This document shows, one piece after another, positions 1-11,676 of a stretch of 64,000 nucleotides of DNA. The notes below the pieces were generated by a model that made no database searches, was not told the DNA's origin, and saw only the letters and a list, made by a program, of their open reading frames with translations. Where the stretch lies: contig PKED01000047.1 in NCBI GenBank assembly GCA_002863155.1, positions 10,674 through 74,673 on the forward strand, in the 5' to 3' direction. The translations under genes and the position numbers were made by a program. Each line of letters starts with the position of its first letter. Position 1 is the stretch's first letter. Source of the DNA: Sphingomonadaceae bacterium (lineage in GTDB: Bacteria; Pseudomonadota; Alphaproteobacteria; Sphingomonadales; Sphingomonadaceae).

Positions 1-3000
1 TGAAGCGCGCGCCGAGCCGGATCGAGTAGGTCGACGCGTTGAAGTTCGGCGCCAGATTGGTGTTCGGATCGCGGTACGACGAGAAGCGGTACTGCGCGCA
101 GGTCTGCGTCGAGGCGGTGTTGATAATGCCGGCGCCGGGTGTGGTGCCGGTCGGCACTGCCTGCGACAGGCACTGAACCGTCACGACAGCCGCCGAACCG
201 ATCGTACGCAGCCCGCCCCAGTTGCTGTTGAGCAGGTTGGGCAGGTTGTTGATGTCGGCAAAGATCGCAACGCGCGATTTGCCGACGAACACCGGGATCT
301 CCTGTTCCAGGTGAAGATCGATGCGCGTCACGGCCCGATTGCGCGCGATATTCTTCGCCGCGATCGATCCGCGATAGTTGCGCAGTTCGGTTGCGTTGAT
401 CAGGGCATCGAGCGAGTTCTGGGTCGTCGCATTGTCATAGCTGACGATCGGATCGTTGGTGCCGGTCGGCACATAAAGCAGGTTCGACGGCGCATTGCCC
501 GTCAGCACCGTGCCGAACACGCTCGACCGGGTCGACACGTTGTCGAGCATCAGGAAGCTGTAGGGATTGCCCGCGCGGGTTTCGCCGAACAGCTGGATCT
601 TGGTGCGATAGTCTTTGTAAAACGCCCGGTCGAAACCGATGTTGTACTTGAACTGCCAGCGCGTCTGATTGTCCGACGTGCCAAGCACGGGCAAGTTTGG
701 ATCGGCGAAGATCTGGAAGCGATAGTTCGAGTTCGGCGTCGAGGCACTGGCGTTACCGATGTCACGGACGTCCGACAGGATGTACGCACCGCCAAACGAC
801 AGGCCGAAATCGAACTTCTTGTCGAAGCGAACGACGCCGATATGGCTGCGGCCACCCTGGGTATTGTAACCCAGCACGTCCCAGTTGTTGTCGGCAAAGC
901 CGAGGCGACCATTATAACGCGGGCGACCATCGGGCAGGACACCGATCTGAACCGAGCGAATGTCGGTGAACGAAATGTCGTTGCGCGTCTTCGAGAAGAG
1001 ATAGTCGACACCGAAATTCCACCCGCGGAAATTCCATTCGGCCGACAACGTCGCCTTCAGCGACGTCGGCAGCGTGAAGTTCGGAGCCAGCTCGGCGGTG
1101 TTGGTCGCCGCCGCTGCTGTCCCGCCCTGGGCGAACTGGACCAGCAACGGGTTGACGTTGGCGCCGACATTGTTGAGCGCCGCAGCGCAGACTGCAGCCG
1201 TGATGTTGGCCGGGCCGGTGCAGCCCGCCGCATTGTTGGCGCGCGTGATGGTGAGCGAGTTGGTGGTAACGGTGTTCGAGAAGCTGTTCGACAGGTAGAT
1301 GTCGGGATTGCCACCCGCCAGGATGCCGACGCCGCCATGAATGCGAAGCGACGGCGCCACCTTCCAGTCGATGCTGAGCCGCGGTTCAAAGGTCTCCAGG
1401 CCGCGATAGGTCTTGAGGTTGGTGAACCCCGTGCGGTTGGTGAACGCCTGGTTGAAAACCGGCCGCTCGTTCATCGCATAGAGATTCCAGCGGAAGCCGT
1501 AGGTGACGGTCAGCCCCGGACCGGGGCGCCAGTCATCCTGCAGGCCGACAGAAATTTCGTCGTAGCGGAACCGCGCCGCAGCACCGGTCGGCCCGCCCAC
1601 GACGACGGCTGCGTATTGTACCTGATTGGCATTGCCGGCCTGGAAGTCGGCGACCGAGTCGAAATAATAGCTGCCCAGGCTGTTCGGCACGAAGTTGTTG
1701 AAGGTGGCATTGCGCGAGAATTCGGCCAGCAGCTTCAATTCGTGGTTGTTCATGTTCAGACGGCCAAGGAACGATCCGCTATAGGTGTCCGTGGTCAGCG
1801 TATTGGTCTGACGGAAAGTGTCGGGGCCGAAGAAGATGCGCGGCGTGCCGGTCGAGCAGCCGGTGGCCGAGGCGGTGTTGTTGACCGCGTCCTGGCAAAC
1901 CTGGAACTGCGAATTGCCGCGCCCGCCCAGCGGCTCCTGGCCGCGAACATAGCTCTTGTAGGCGAAACGGATTTCGGTCGACAGCGTGCTCGACCAGGTC
2001 GAGTTGAACTGGGCGATGCCGGCCCGAAGCAACTCGCTCAGCGTGTAGGCGTTCGAGCTCAGGCCATAAGACGGCGTTGTACCCGAAGTCGACGTGTTGT
2101 TCGGGCTGATCTGCGCGTTGTAAGCGTTCACGTAAGAGATCGACAAACGCTGGCCATTGGCGACGTTCCAGTCGACCCGGGTCGAAAACTTCTCGTCCGC
2201 GCGGGTGTTGATCCGCAGGACGTCGCCATAGGCAGCACCGGTGATGCCGTAGCGCGGACCGCCGGCAATCGCCCCCAGCGCAGTCACCTGATTGAGCGTC
2301 AGGCCCGGAATGCTCTCCGGCTGTGTGCCGAACGAGCGCGGATCGGTGTTCTTTTCATAGGAGAACATCAGGAACAGCTTGTCGCGGATAATCGGCCCGG
2401 CGATCGTGGCGCCATAGGTTTCCGATTTGAAGCGCGGCAGCGCGACGCGGACGGCGCCGATCTGATCGCCCGACAGGCCGTCGGTATTTTGCGAATAGAA
2501 GCCGGTCAGGAACAGCTTGTTGGTGCCCGAACGCAGCACCGCGTCGATCACGCCGCCCTGATAGTTGGTTTGGCGGATGTCGAAATTCGCCGCCGAGGTG
2601 GTGACCTGCTCGAGCGCATCGAACGGGACCGGGCCGCGGATATTCGGGCTGGCATCCTGGTTTAGGCCGAACGTGTCGCCGACCGTGACGCCGTTGATCG
2701 TGAAGCGGTTGAAGCGCGGGTTGACGCCGGCGAAGCGCACCGCGCCGCCGCGATCGGTCGAGTTGCCGAGATCGAACGTCGCGAAGGGGTCGCGACGCTG
2801 GATGTCGCGGATATCGCGGTTGACCGAGGCGACCTTCGAAATGTCATCCTGCGTCAACGTCGTCTGAACACCCTTCGACGCGTTGCCTGCGCCGCGGATC
2901 TTGGTGGCGGAAACGACGACTTCAGCGACCTGTTCGGTCGCGAGTTCGATCGGCAGATTATAGGTCTGCTGCACGACGGTGTAGATGTCAGTGACCGAGG

Positions 3001-3262
3001 TGCTGCCGTCTGCGCTCTTCACGTCGACCGTGTAAGGGCCGCCGACGCGAAGACCTGCGAACGAAAATTCGCCATCGGCGCCGGTCGTCACTTCCGAGCG
3101 CGTGCCCGACGGAATGTTGGTCGCTGTCACGGTAGCCCCGGCGACGGGCGCGCCGTCCTTCGTCACGGTGCCGCGGATGATCGACGTGGTTTCCTGCGCG
3201 CTGGCTGCGGCGGGAATCGCGAGCGCAGCGACAGCCACGCCCAGAAGCAGATGATTTCGCAT
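1..3262 (-). CDS. TonB-dependent outer-membrane receptor, Oar-like (carboxypeptidase-regulatory-like N-domain); 3' end just outside window
   Basis: Not in the ORF track; read manually. ATG at 3262 gives MRNHLLLGVAVAALAIPAAASAQETTSIIRG (signal peptide), then a plug region (RDIRDIQRRDPF, GVNPRFNRFTINGV, GPVPFDALEQV, GGVIDAVLRSGTN). The window edge reads YSIRLGARF, typical of a final beta-strand. Confidence 0.9.
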   Translation of the reverse strand, partial: MRNHLLLGVAVAALAIPAAASAQETTSIIRGTVTKDGAPVAGATVTATNIPSGTRSEVTTGADGEFSFAGLRVGGPYTVDVKSADGSTSVTDIYTVVQQTYNLPIELATEQVAEVVVSATKIRGAGNASKGVQTTLTQDDISKVASVNRDIRDIQRRDPFATFDLGNSTDRGGAVRFAGVNPRFNRFTINGVTVGDTFGLNQDASPNIRGPVPFDALEQVTTSAANFDIRQTNYQGGVIDAVLRSGTNKLFLTGFYSQNTDGLSGDQIGAVRVALPRFKSETYGATIAGPIIRDKLFLMFSYEKNTDPRSFGTQPESIPGLTLNQVTALGAIAGGPRYGITGAAYGDVLRINTRADEKFSTRVDWNVANGQRLSISYVNAYNAQISPNNTSTSGTTPSYGLSSNAYTLSELLRAGIAQFNSTWSSTLSTEIRFAYKSYVRGQEPLGGRGNSQFQVCQDAVNNTASATGCSTGTPRIFFGPDTFRQTNTLTTDTYSGSFLGRLNMNNHELKLLAEFSRNATFNNFVPNSLGSYYFDSVADFQAGNANQVQYAAVVVGGPTGAAARFRYDEISVGLQDDWRPGPGLTVTYGFRWNLYAMNERPVFNQAFTNRTGFTNLKTYRGLETFEPRLSIDWKVAPSLRIHGGVGILAGGNPDIYLSNSFSNTVTTNSLTITRANNAAGCTGPANITAAVCAAALNNVGANVNPLLVQFAQGGTAAAATNTAELAPNFTLPTSLKATLSAEWNFRGWNFGVDYLFSKTRNDISFTDIRSVQIGVLPDGRPRYNGRLGFADNNWDVLGYNTQGGRSHIGVVRFDKKFDFGLSFGGAYILSDVRDIGNASASTPNSNYRFQIFADPNLPVLGTSDNQTRWQFKYNIGFDRAFYKDYRTKIQLFGETRAGNPYSFLMLDNVSTRSSVFGTVLTGNAPSNLLYVPTGTNDPIVSYDNATTQNSLDALINATELRNYRGSIAAKNIARNRAVTRIDLHLEQEIPVFVGKSRVAIFADINNLPNLLNSNWGGLRTIGSAAVVTVQCLSQAVPTGTTPGAGIINTASTQTCAQYRFSSYRDPNTNLAPNFNASTYSIRLGARF

Positions 3263-3370
3263 GTTTTTCCCCTAGAAAAGACGAGTCGCTCGGTCGCGCA
3301 TTTGGTCGCCGTTGCAGGCGCCCTTGCAGCCCAATTATTTCGCTTCGATGACAATCACCGGCTGGGGAAT

Positions 3371-3385
3371 TTAATCCGGCATTAA
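3371..3385. promoter_or_regulatory. Candidate CtrA-binding site (TTAA-N7-TTAA)
   Basis: TTAATCCGGCATTAA is an exact match to the CtrA consensus, about 110 bp upstream of the TonB receptor ATG. Confidence 0.55.
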
Positions 3386-3428
3386 GCCGATGGTGCGTTG
3401 CAAAAAAGCATCACCGCCGCTGGCCCGT

Positions 3429-5522
<2,094 letters not shown>

Positions 5523-5628
5523 CTAGCTTTGGCGCAGGCAGCGATCAAGCACGCTTGCAACCGGCGGCGTGCTTCGTGCTTTGTGGTCGCGCGGCGCGCC
5601 GGGGTGCCGCCTGCTCCAAAGGAAGACC

Positions 5629-5964
5629 ATGGCCACCCTCCTGCTGCTCTGCGCGTCGAACCTGTTCATGACGGTCGCCTGGTACTGGCATCTGAAAGGC
5701 GGGATGACGAAGCCGATCCTGGTCGTGATCCTGGTGAGCTGGGCCATTGCGCTGATCGAATATTGCTTTGCCGTGCCGGCGAACCGGATCGGCTATGTTG
5801 CCGGGTGGAGCGGCGGCCAGCTGAAGGTGGCGCAAGAGGCCATTACCCTGATCGTCTTCGCGGGGTTCGCAGCGGTGGTACTGGGCGAACCGCTGACGCT
5901 GCGCCATCTGGGCGCGTTCATTTGCCTGATGGGCGCCGTCACCTGCATGTTCGCCGGGCGGTAA
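5629..5964 (+). CDS. Small DMT-family (DUF486-like) four-helix membrane protein
   Basis: ATG 5629 after AAAGGAAG. SNLFMTVAWYWHLK and SWAIALIEYCFAVPANRIG motifs; hydrophobic throughout. Confidence 0.8.
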   Translation: MATLLLLCASNLFMTVAWYWHLKGGMTKPILVVILVSWAIALIEYCFAVPANRIGYVAGWSGGQLKVAQEAITLIVFAGFAAVVLGEPLTLRHLGAFICLMGAVTCMFAGR

Positions 5965-5980
5965 GCGATCGCGGCGTGGC

Positions 5981-7645
5981 CTAGGCCACTTCCAGCAACC
6001 GCACCGCCTGCGCCCTTGCCTCGTCGGTGATTTCCGCGCCCGACAGCATCCGGGCGATTTCCTCGCGCCGCTCCCCGGAATCGAGCGCGCGAACCCCGGT
6101 GCGGGTGACAGTGCCGTCGCTCGATTTGGCGATGAAATAATGGTGGCTCCCGCGAGCCGCGACTTGTGGGCTGTGAGTGACGACCAGCAGCTGCGTCGTT
6201 TCCGCCAGCCGCGCGAGCCGCTCGCCGATCGCGCTTGCCACCGCACCGCCGACGCCGCGGTCGATCTCGTCGAAGATCATCGTCGCGGCACTTCCCGCCT
6301 CGGCGAGGCTCACCTTGAGTGCGAGGATGAAGCGCGACAATTCGCCGCCGCTCGCGATCTTGATCAGCGGCGCGAAGGGGGCGCCGGGATTGGTCGCGAT
6401 TTCGAATTCGACCCGGTCCTTGCCCGCGCCCGACCAGCCGTCCGCCCCGAGCGGTGCCACGACCGTGCGGAAGCGTGCGGCGTCGAGTTTCAGCGGGGCG
6501 AGTTCGCGCTTCACCGTTGCGTCGAGCCGCTCGGCGGCAGCGATGCGGGCCGCCGTCAGCGCGGCGGCGGCGGCATCATAGGCGCTTGCGGCGGTTTTGG
6601 CGGCGGCGTCGAGCTTGGCGATGCTCCCTGCGCCCCCCTCGATCCGTTCGAGCCGGGCGGCCAGATCGTCGGCGAGTGCGGCGAGATCGTCCGGCTGGAC
6701 GCGGTGCTTGCGCGCCACCGCACGCAGTTCGAACAGCCGCGTCTCGTCGGCCTCGAGTTGCGCGGGGTCGAAGGCGAGCGCGGCCGCCGCGGCATCGATA
6801 TTGTCCTGCGTCAGCGCGGCGTCGTTGATCGCGCGGTCGATCGCGGCGAGCGCTTCGCCGAGTGCGTCATGCTCATCGGTGACCCGCTCGAGAATGCGGG
6901 CGGCCTGGCGCAGCTTGGTGAGCCCGCCGTCCGACCCATCGAGCAGATCGGCAATGGCCTGCAGGTCGACCGCGATCTTCGCGCCGCGCTGCATGGTCGC
7001 GCGGCGATCGGCGAGCGTTGCTTCCTCGCCGGGTTCGGGCGCCAGCCGGGTCAGTTCGGCGACGGCGTGCTCCAGCCAGTCGCGGTCGCGCGCGGCGCTG
7101 TCCTGCTCGGCCCGTGCGGTCGCGAGCGCGGCGACGGCGGCGCGCCATGCGCCCCAGGCCGCAGCGACCGGCTGGGTATCGATCCGGCCGAAGCCGTCGA
7201 GCAGCGCGCGGTGCCCGGCCGGGCTCAGCAGCCCGCGATCGTCATGCTGGCCGTGAATCTCAACCAGCATGCCGCCGAGCGTGCGGAGCAGTGCGGCCGA
7301 TGCGGGCTGATCGTTGACGAAAGCGCGGCTGCCGCCATCGGCCTTGACGATGCGGCGGATCAGGAGCGGCTCGCCGGGATCGAGATCGAGGCCGTTTTCG
7401 TCGAACAGCGCGGCGATCGCGCCGTCGCGCAGGGGCGGATTGAAGCTTGCGGTCACCACCGCCTGCGCCGCGCCCTGCCGTACCAGCGCGCTGTCACCGC
7501 GCGCGCCGAGCGCGAGACCGAGTGCGTCGAGCAGGATCGACTTGCCCGCACCCGTCTCCCCGGTCAGCACGCCGAGTCCTGCGCCGAATTCGAGATCGAG
7601 CGCTTCGATCAGAACGACGTCGCGGATGGAAAGCGCGGTCAGCAT
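5981..7645 (-). CDS. recN: DNA repair protein RecN
   Basis: MLTALSIRDVVLIE start, Walker A GETGAGKS, EIHGQHD, ASGGELSRF signature, IFDEIDRG, VTHSPQVAA; 554 aa. Confidence 0.97.
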   Translation of the reverse strand: MLTALSIRDVVLIEALDLEFGAGLGVLTGETGAGKSILLDALGLALGARGDSALVRQGAAQAVVTASFNPPLRDGAIAALFDENGLDLDPGEPLLIRRIVKADGGSRAFVNDQPASAALLRTLGGMLVEIHGQHDDRGLLSPAGHRALLDGFGRIDTQPVAAAWGAWRAAVAALATARAEQDSAARDRDWLEHAVAELTRLAPEPGEEATLADRRATMQRGAKIAVDLQAIADLLDGSDGGLTKLRQAARILERVTDEHDALGEALAAIDRAINDAALTQDNIDAAAAALAFDPAQLEADETRLFELRAVARKHRVQPDDLAALADDLAARLERIEGGAGSIAKLDAAAKTAASAYDAAAAALTAARIAAAERLDATVKRELAPLKLDAARFRTVVAPLGADGWSGAGKDRVEFEIATNPGAPFAPLIKIASGGELSRFILALKVSLAEAGSAATMIFDEIDRGVGGAVASAIGERLARLAETTQLLVVTHSPQVAARGSHHYFIAKSSDGTVTRTGVRALDSGERREEIARMLSGAEITDEARAQAVRLLEVA

Positions 7646-7663
7646 GCGCCTTGCGTCATACAG

Positions 7664-7678
7664 GAACGAAGCGGATAC
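7664..7678. promoter_or_regulatory. Possible alphaproteobacterial LexA (SOS) box
   Basis: GAAC-gaagcgg-ATAC, one mismatch from GAAC-N7-GTAC, 19-33 bp upstream of the recN ATG. Confidence 0.35.
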
Positions 7679-7747
7679 GGAATAGCGCGATTGCAAATCC
7701 CGCGTGCCGCTGCCAATCTCGCGGCGTCGGATTGCGGGGGGGAGGCG

Positions 7748-8416
7748 ATGATGACAGCCATGGCTCGGTCGGCGCTGGCGGCACTGGCAACATTGTGCCT
7801 GGGCGGCGCGGCACCGCCGCCCGCACCGGTCGAACCCGGCGACTGCTGGGCCGTCATCCCGAGTGACGGCGGCAAGAACAACATCTTCCTGCACCTCGAT
7901 AAGGCATATTACGTCACCTACGACAGTTTGTCGGTGCAGCAGTCGGTCGGCGCCGTGATTCTGAAAACATCCTTTCAGGTGCGCAGCTTCTACGGGCTTC
8001 CAGCCGGCGATCTGATCGCCGCCGATATCTTGACATCGGTGCAGGATGTTGAGACCAAAACCCGTGTCCGCCCCCGACCGGGTCAGAAACATCTTTTCAC
8101 CGCAACGCTCGCAGACGGCTCGACGCTGAGCGGTCAGACTGGGGTGACGATGGTGGCGAAGCGGGCCGATCTGGTCGGGCCGATGGCGGGCGATCCGCAA
8201 AAGGGCGCGCGGCTGCACGACGACATCCTCGGCGGGAAGCCGGTGGACCTGCGCTATTCGATCAGCGGGGGCGGGACCGTGCTGCTCTCGACGCGGGTGA
8301 CCGGGCCTTATGCCGCGAAACCCAATTATCGGCTCTGGGCGCTCAAGACCGCACGGAATTTCGCCGCCGAACGGATGCGGACCGGGCAGTGCCCGATCAT
8401 GCGCAATTTCCAGTAG
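7748..8416 (+). CDS. Hypothetical exported protein (222 aa)
   Basis: GGAGG RBS directly before ATG 7748; Ala/Leu-rich signal-like N-terminus; fills the bamD-recN gap; no recognised motif. Confidence 0.7.
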   Translation: MMTAMARSALAALATLCLGGAAPPPAPVEPGDCWAVIPSDGGKNNIFLHLDKAYYVTYDSLSVQQSVGAVILKTSFQVRSFYGLPAGDLIAADILTSVQDVETKTRVRPRPGQKHLFTATLADGSTLSGQTGVTMVAKRADLVGPMAGDPQKGARLHDDILGGKPVDLRYSISGGGTVLLSTRVTGPYAAKPNYRLWALKTARNFAAERMRTGQCPIMRNFQ

Positions 8417-8452
8417 CGTTGCCGCAGCGTCGCGGTCGGCGGCTGTGCGTCG

Positions 8453-9295
8453 TCAGGCGGCCGTCGCCGCGGGCTGATCGTCCTTCTTGCGCTTGTCGCG
8501 CTTCGGCTTCTTCTCGCGCACGTCGCCATTCTTTTCGATCAGCTTGAAGGCGCGATCGTACCAGACGGTGCCGGGATAATTGGCGCCGAGCACCGCCGCC
8601 GACTTCTTGGCCTCCGCAGGCACGCCGAGCGCGAGATAGGTCTCGGTCAGCCGCATCAGCGCCTCGGGCACGTGCGTCGTCGTCTGGTAATCGTCGATTA
8701 CCTTGCGGAAGCGCAGCGTCGCGCCGAGCCATTCGCCGCGCGTTTCGTAGAAGCGGCCGATCTCCATTTCCTTGCCGGCAAGGTGGTCGCGCACCAGGTC
8801 GATCTTGAGCCGCGCATCGGCGGCATATCGCGAGCCGGGATAGCGGCGCGACAATTCGCCCAGCGCGTCGAGCGCCTGCTGCGTGATCTTCTGGTCGCGC
8901 GTCACGTCCGAGATCTGCTCGTAATAGCACAAGGCGATCAGATAATAGGCATAGGGCGCGTCGCGGTTGCCGGGATGGACCGCGAGGAAGCGCTGCGCCG
9001 ATTCGATCGACTTGGTGTAATCGGCCTCGAGATAATAGCTGAACGCGCTCATCAACTGCGCGCGGCGCGCCCATACCGAATAGGGGTGCTGGCGCTCGAC
9101 TTCGTCGAACAATGCCGCCGCTTCGGCATAGCGCCCGCGATCGAGATAGCGCTTGGCGCTCGCGTAGAGGGTCGACACGTCGCGCGCAACATAGGGAATG
9201 TCGCCCTTTGATCGGGTACCGTTGCAGGCGGCGAGCGGCAGGGCGCAAGCGGCGATCAGCGCGAGCGAGACGGAGCGGGACAGGGGGATACGCAT
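8453..9295 (-). CDS. bamD: Outer-membrane assembly lipoprotein BamD
   Basis: Lipobox LAAC; TPR-like motifs (FDEVERQHPYSVWARRAQLM, RDHLAGKEMEIGRFY). Confidence 0.95.
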   Translation of the reverse strand: MRIPLSRSVSLALIAACALPLAACNGTRSKGDIPYVARDVSTLYASAKRYLDRGRYAEAAALFDEVERQHPYSVWARRAQLMSAFSYYLEADYTKSIESAQRFLAVHPGNRDAPYAYYLIALCYYEQISDVTRDQKITQQALDALGELSRRYPGSRYAADARLKIDLVRDHLAGKEMEIGRFYETRGEWLGATLRFRKVIDDYQTTTHVPEALMRLTETYLALGVPAEAKKSAAVLGANYPGTVWYDRAFKLIEKNGDVREKKPKRDKRKKDDQPAATAA

Positions 9296-9440
9296 TGCCG
9301 CCTCATTAGCCGAGGGACGCTTCGACGAACAATGGTTTTTCGCAACGTCCGACGGCCGGTGATTTTGCAGCGGCAGGGTGGATCGCTTGGCGCGACCGCG
9401 GCGTTCAGGCTAGGACGATCAATGACGGGAGATCATCGGG

Positions 9441-10259
9441 ATGACGGCGACACTGCTGACGACGCGGCGCGTCGACAAGCCCTGGGGCAGCCACCGGCTG
9501 TGGCCGGGCTTTGCCGATCCCGCGCCCGATGCCGAACCGGTCGGCGAGGTCTGGTTCGAAGCCACAGGCGAGCCCGACTTGCTGATCAAATATCTGTTCA
9601 CCAGCGAAAAGCTGTCGGTGCAGAACCACCCGTCGGACGAAGAAGCGCACAAGCGCGGGCTGCCGCGCGGCAAGGACGAATGCTGGCTGATCCTGGCCGC
9701 CGAGCCCGATTCGACGATCGCGATAGGCCCCAAGGCGCCGGTTGGCGCGGACGAATTGCGGGCAGCGGCGCTCGACGGATCGATCGTCGACCTGCTCGAC
9801 TGGAAGCCGGTGAAGGCAGGCGATTTCTTCTATTCGCATTCGGGGGTTATCCACGCGATCGGGGCGGGGCTGACGCTGATCGAGGTGCAGCAGAACAGCG
9901 ACACCACCTATCGCCTCTATGATTACGGCCGCCCGCGCGAACTGCACCTCGACGACGGCGTCGCGGTGGCCGAACTGACGCCCTATGTCGCGCCGTCGGC
10001 GCCGGGCGAGGTCGCGCCGGGGCGCATGATCTTGGTCGAAGGGCCGAAATTCGTGCTCGAACGCTGGGGCGGCGGCCGCCGCGACATCGCGCTCGGCGAC
10101 GGGCAGCAGGGGTGGCTGGTGCCGGTCAGCGGCGCCGGGATGGTCGGCGGCATCGCCTTCGAAGCCGGGCAGTGCGTGCTCGTTGAGGGGACGGAAACGA
10201 TCGAGGCGGCGCCGGGCAGCGACCTGCTGTTCGCCTATCCGGGGGCGCGGCGGCTCTGA
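9441..10259 (+). CDS. Class I mannose-6-phosphate isomerase-like cupin
   Basis: KPWG, GEVW, LLIKYLFTSEKLSVQNHP, GKDECW, HAIGAG, EVQQNSDTTYRLYDYGR. Confidence 0.88.
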   Translation: MTATLLTTRRVDKPWGSHRLWPGFADPAPDAEPVGEVWFEATGEPDLLIKYLFTSEKLSVQNHPSDEEAHKRGLPRGKDECWLILAAEPDSTIAIGPKAPVGADELRAAALDGSIVDLLDWKPVKAGDFFYSHSGVIHAIGAGLTLIEVQQNSDTTYRLYDYGRPRELHLDDGVAVAELTPYVAPSAPGEVAPGRMILVEGPKFVLERWGGGRRDIALGDGQQGWLVPVSGAGMVGGIAFEAGQCVLVEGTETIEAAPGSDLLFAYPGARRL

Positions 10260-10294
10260 CGCAAGTTTAACGCTTCGCATGCTAGCATGCGTCG

Positions 10295-11461
10295 ATGCTG
10301 CGCGTGCTGACCCTGTCGACCCTGTTCCCCGACGTGACGCGCCCCAATTTCGGCGTGTTCGTCGAACGTCAGACGCTGGGTCTCGCCGGACTGCCCGAGG
10401 TCGATTTGCGGGTGGTCGCGCCGATCGGCATGCCGCCTTGGCCCTTGTCGCGCCATGCCCATTATGCTGGCTTTGCCCATGTGCCCGAACGCGAGCAGTG
10501 GCGCGGGCTCGACCTGTATCGGCCGCGCTTTGCGACTCTACCCGGCACGGGTGGGCGGCTGCACGTCGCGGCATTGACCCGGCGGCTCGTGCCGCTGCTG
10601 ACCGCGCTGCGCCGGGACTTCGCGTTCGACGTGATCGATGCCGAATTCTTCTTTCCCGACGGTCCAGCCGCGGTCGCGCTCGGCCGGCGCTTCGGGGTGC
10701 CGGTGTCGATCAAGGCGCGCGGGGCCGATATCCATCTTTGGGGTCATGGTGCGACGCGCGGCCAGGTGCGCCGCGCCGGACAGGCGGCCGATGGAATGCT
10801 CGCGGTGTCGGCGGCGATGAAGGCGGACATGGTCGCGCTGGGCGTGCCGGGTGAGCGGATCATGGTGCATCGCACCGGTGTCGATGCCGCGCGCTTTGGC
10901 GGGGTCGACCCGGTCGAGGCCAAGGCGGCGCTCGGCATGACAGGGTCGATCGTGGTGTCGCTCGGCGCGCTGGTGGCGCGCAAGGGGCATGACATCGTCA
11001 TCGATGCCGCCGCTATGCTGCCGGGGGTGACGCTGCTGATCGTCGGGGAGGGGCCCGAGCGCCCCCGGCTGGAGGCCCAGATCGCCGCGCGTGGGCTGGG
11101 CGACCGGGTGCGCCTGATGGGCGCCGTCGCGCATGAAGCGATCGGGCGGCTGCTCTCGGCCGCCGATGTGATGGCGCTCGCCTCGGCTTCCGAAGGGCTT
11201 GCCAATGCTTGGGTCGAGGCGCTGGCGTGCGGTGTACCGATCGTCATTCCCGATATCGGCGGCGCGCGCGAAGTGCTGACCGACCCGGCCTTCGGGCTGA
11301 TAGCGGATCGCCATGCGGCCGGGTTCGCCGAGGCGATCGGCGTGCTCCTCACCGCGCCGCCGCCACCCGAGCGTGTGAAGCAGGGCGCGGCACGCTTCAG
11401 CTGGGAGACAAATGCAGCCGCGTTGAAGGCGCATCTGGGCGCGCTGGTAGCGGGAGGTTAG
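10295..11461 (+). CDS. Glycosyltransferase family 4 (GT-B)
   Basis: DAEFFFPDG, RKGHD, SEGLANAWVEALACGVP donor-binding motif. Its stop codon TAG is the first triplet of a 140-bp repeat. Confidence 0.9.
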   Translation: MLRVLTLSTLFPDVTRPNFGVFVERQTLGLAGLPEVDLRVVAPIGMPPWPLSRHAHYAGFAHVPEREQWRGLDLYRPRFATLPGTGGRLHVAALTRRLVPLLTALRRDFAFDVIDAEFFFPDGPAAVALGRRFGVPVSIKARGADIHLWGHGATRGQVRRAGQAADGMLAVSAAMKADMVALGVPGERIMVHRTGVDAARFGGVDPVEAKAALGMTGSIVVSLGALVARKGHDIVIDAAAMLPGVTLLIVGEGPERPRLEAQIAARGLGDRVRLMGAVAHEAIGRLLSAADVMALASASEGLANAWVEALACGVPIVIPDIGGAREVLTDPAFGLIADRHAAGFAEAIGVLLTAPPPPERVKQGAARFSWETNAAALKAHLGALVAGG

Positions 11462-11598
11462 AGTCGGATGACTTTTGGTTGAATCAAATCCCCAACCGTT
11501 CGTGTCGAGCGAAGTCGAGACACCCTGCGCAACGCTCGTGGCCCGTTTCTCGACCGCGCTCGAAACGAACGAGTTAAGGTAATGTCATCGGGCTCTAG
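11459..11598 (+). repeat. 140-bp composite intergenic element, copy 1
   Basis: TAGAGTCGGATGAC...GTCATCGGGCTCTAG imperfect terminal inverted repeats; GANTC at 11461 and 11481; nested palindrome 11496-11572; near-identical to 18160-18299 and 28816-28955. Confidence 0.95.
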
Positions 11599-11626
11599 CG
11601 CACACCAGCCTTGGCTTGCATGCCCA

Positions 11627-11647
11627 ACTTCGCTCGAAATCAACGGG
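11627..11647 (+). repeat. Degenerate isolated right arm of the nested palindrome family
   Basis: ACTTCGCTCGAAATCAACGGG versus ACTTCGCTCGAAACGAACGG in the intact copy at 18391-18410. Confidence 0.6.
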
Positions 11648-11676
11648 CGGGGAGAATGGTCAGAGCGGCGATCCGG

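Noticed and set aside
311-2665. 784-aa plus-strand ORF
   Set aside because: Antisense shadow of the TonB receptor with no motifs. Such long shadow ORFs are expected in GC-rich DNA; the same applies to most overlapping ORFs in the track.
3346-3356. Pho-box half site (TTGTCAT on the minus strand) upstream of the TonB receptor
   Set aside because: No second unit at 11-bp spacing.
6140-7747. N-terminal part of the 758-aa plus-strand ORF
   Set aside because: Antisense to recN; only the portion from ATG 7748 has an RBS and signal peptide.
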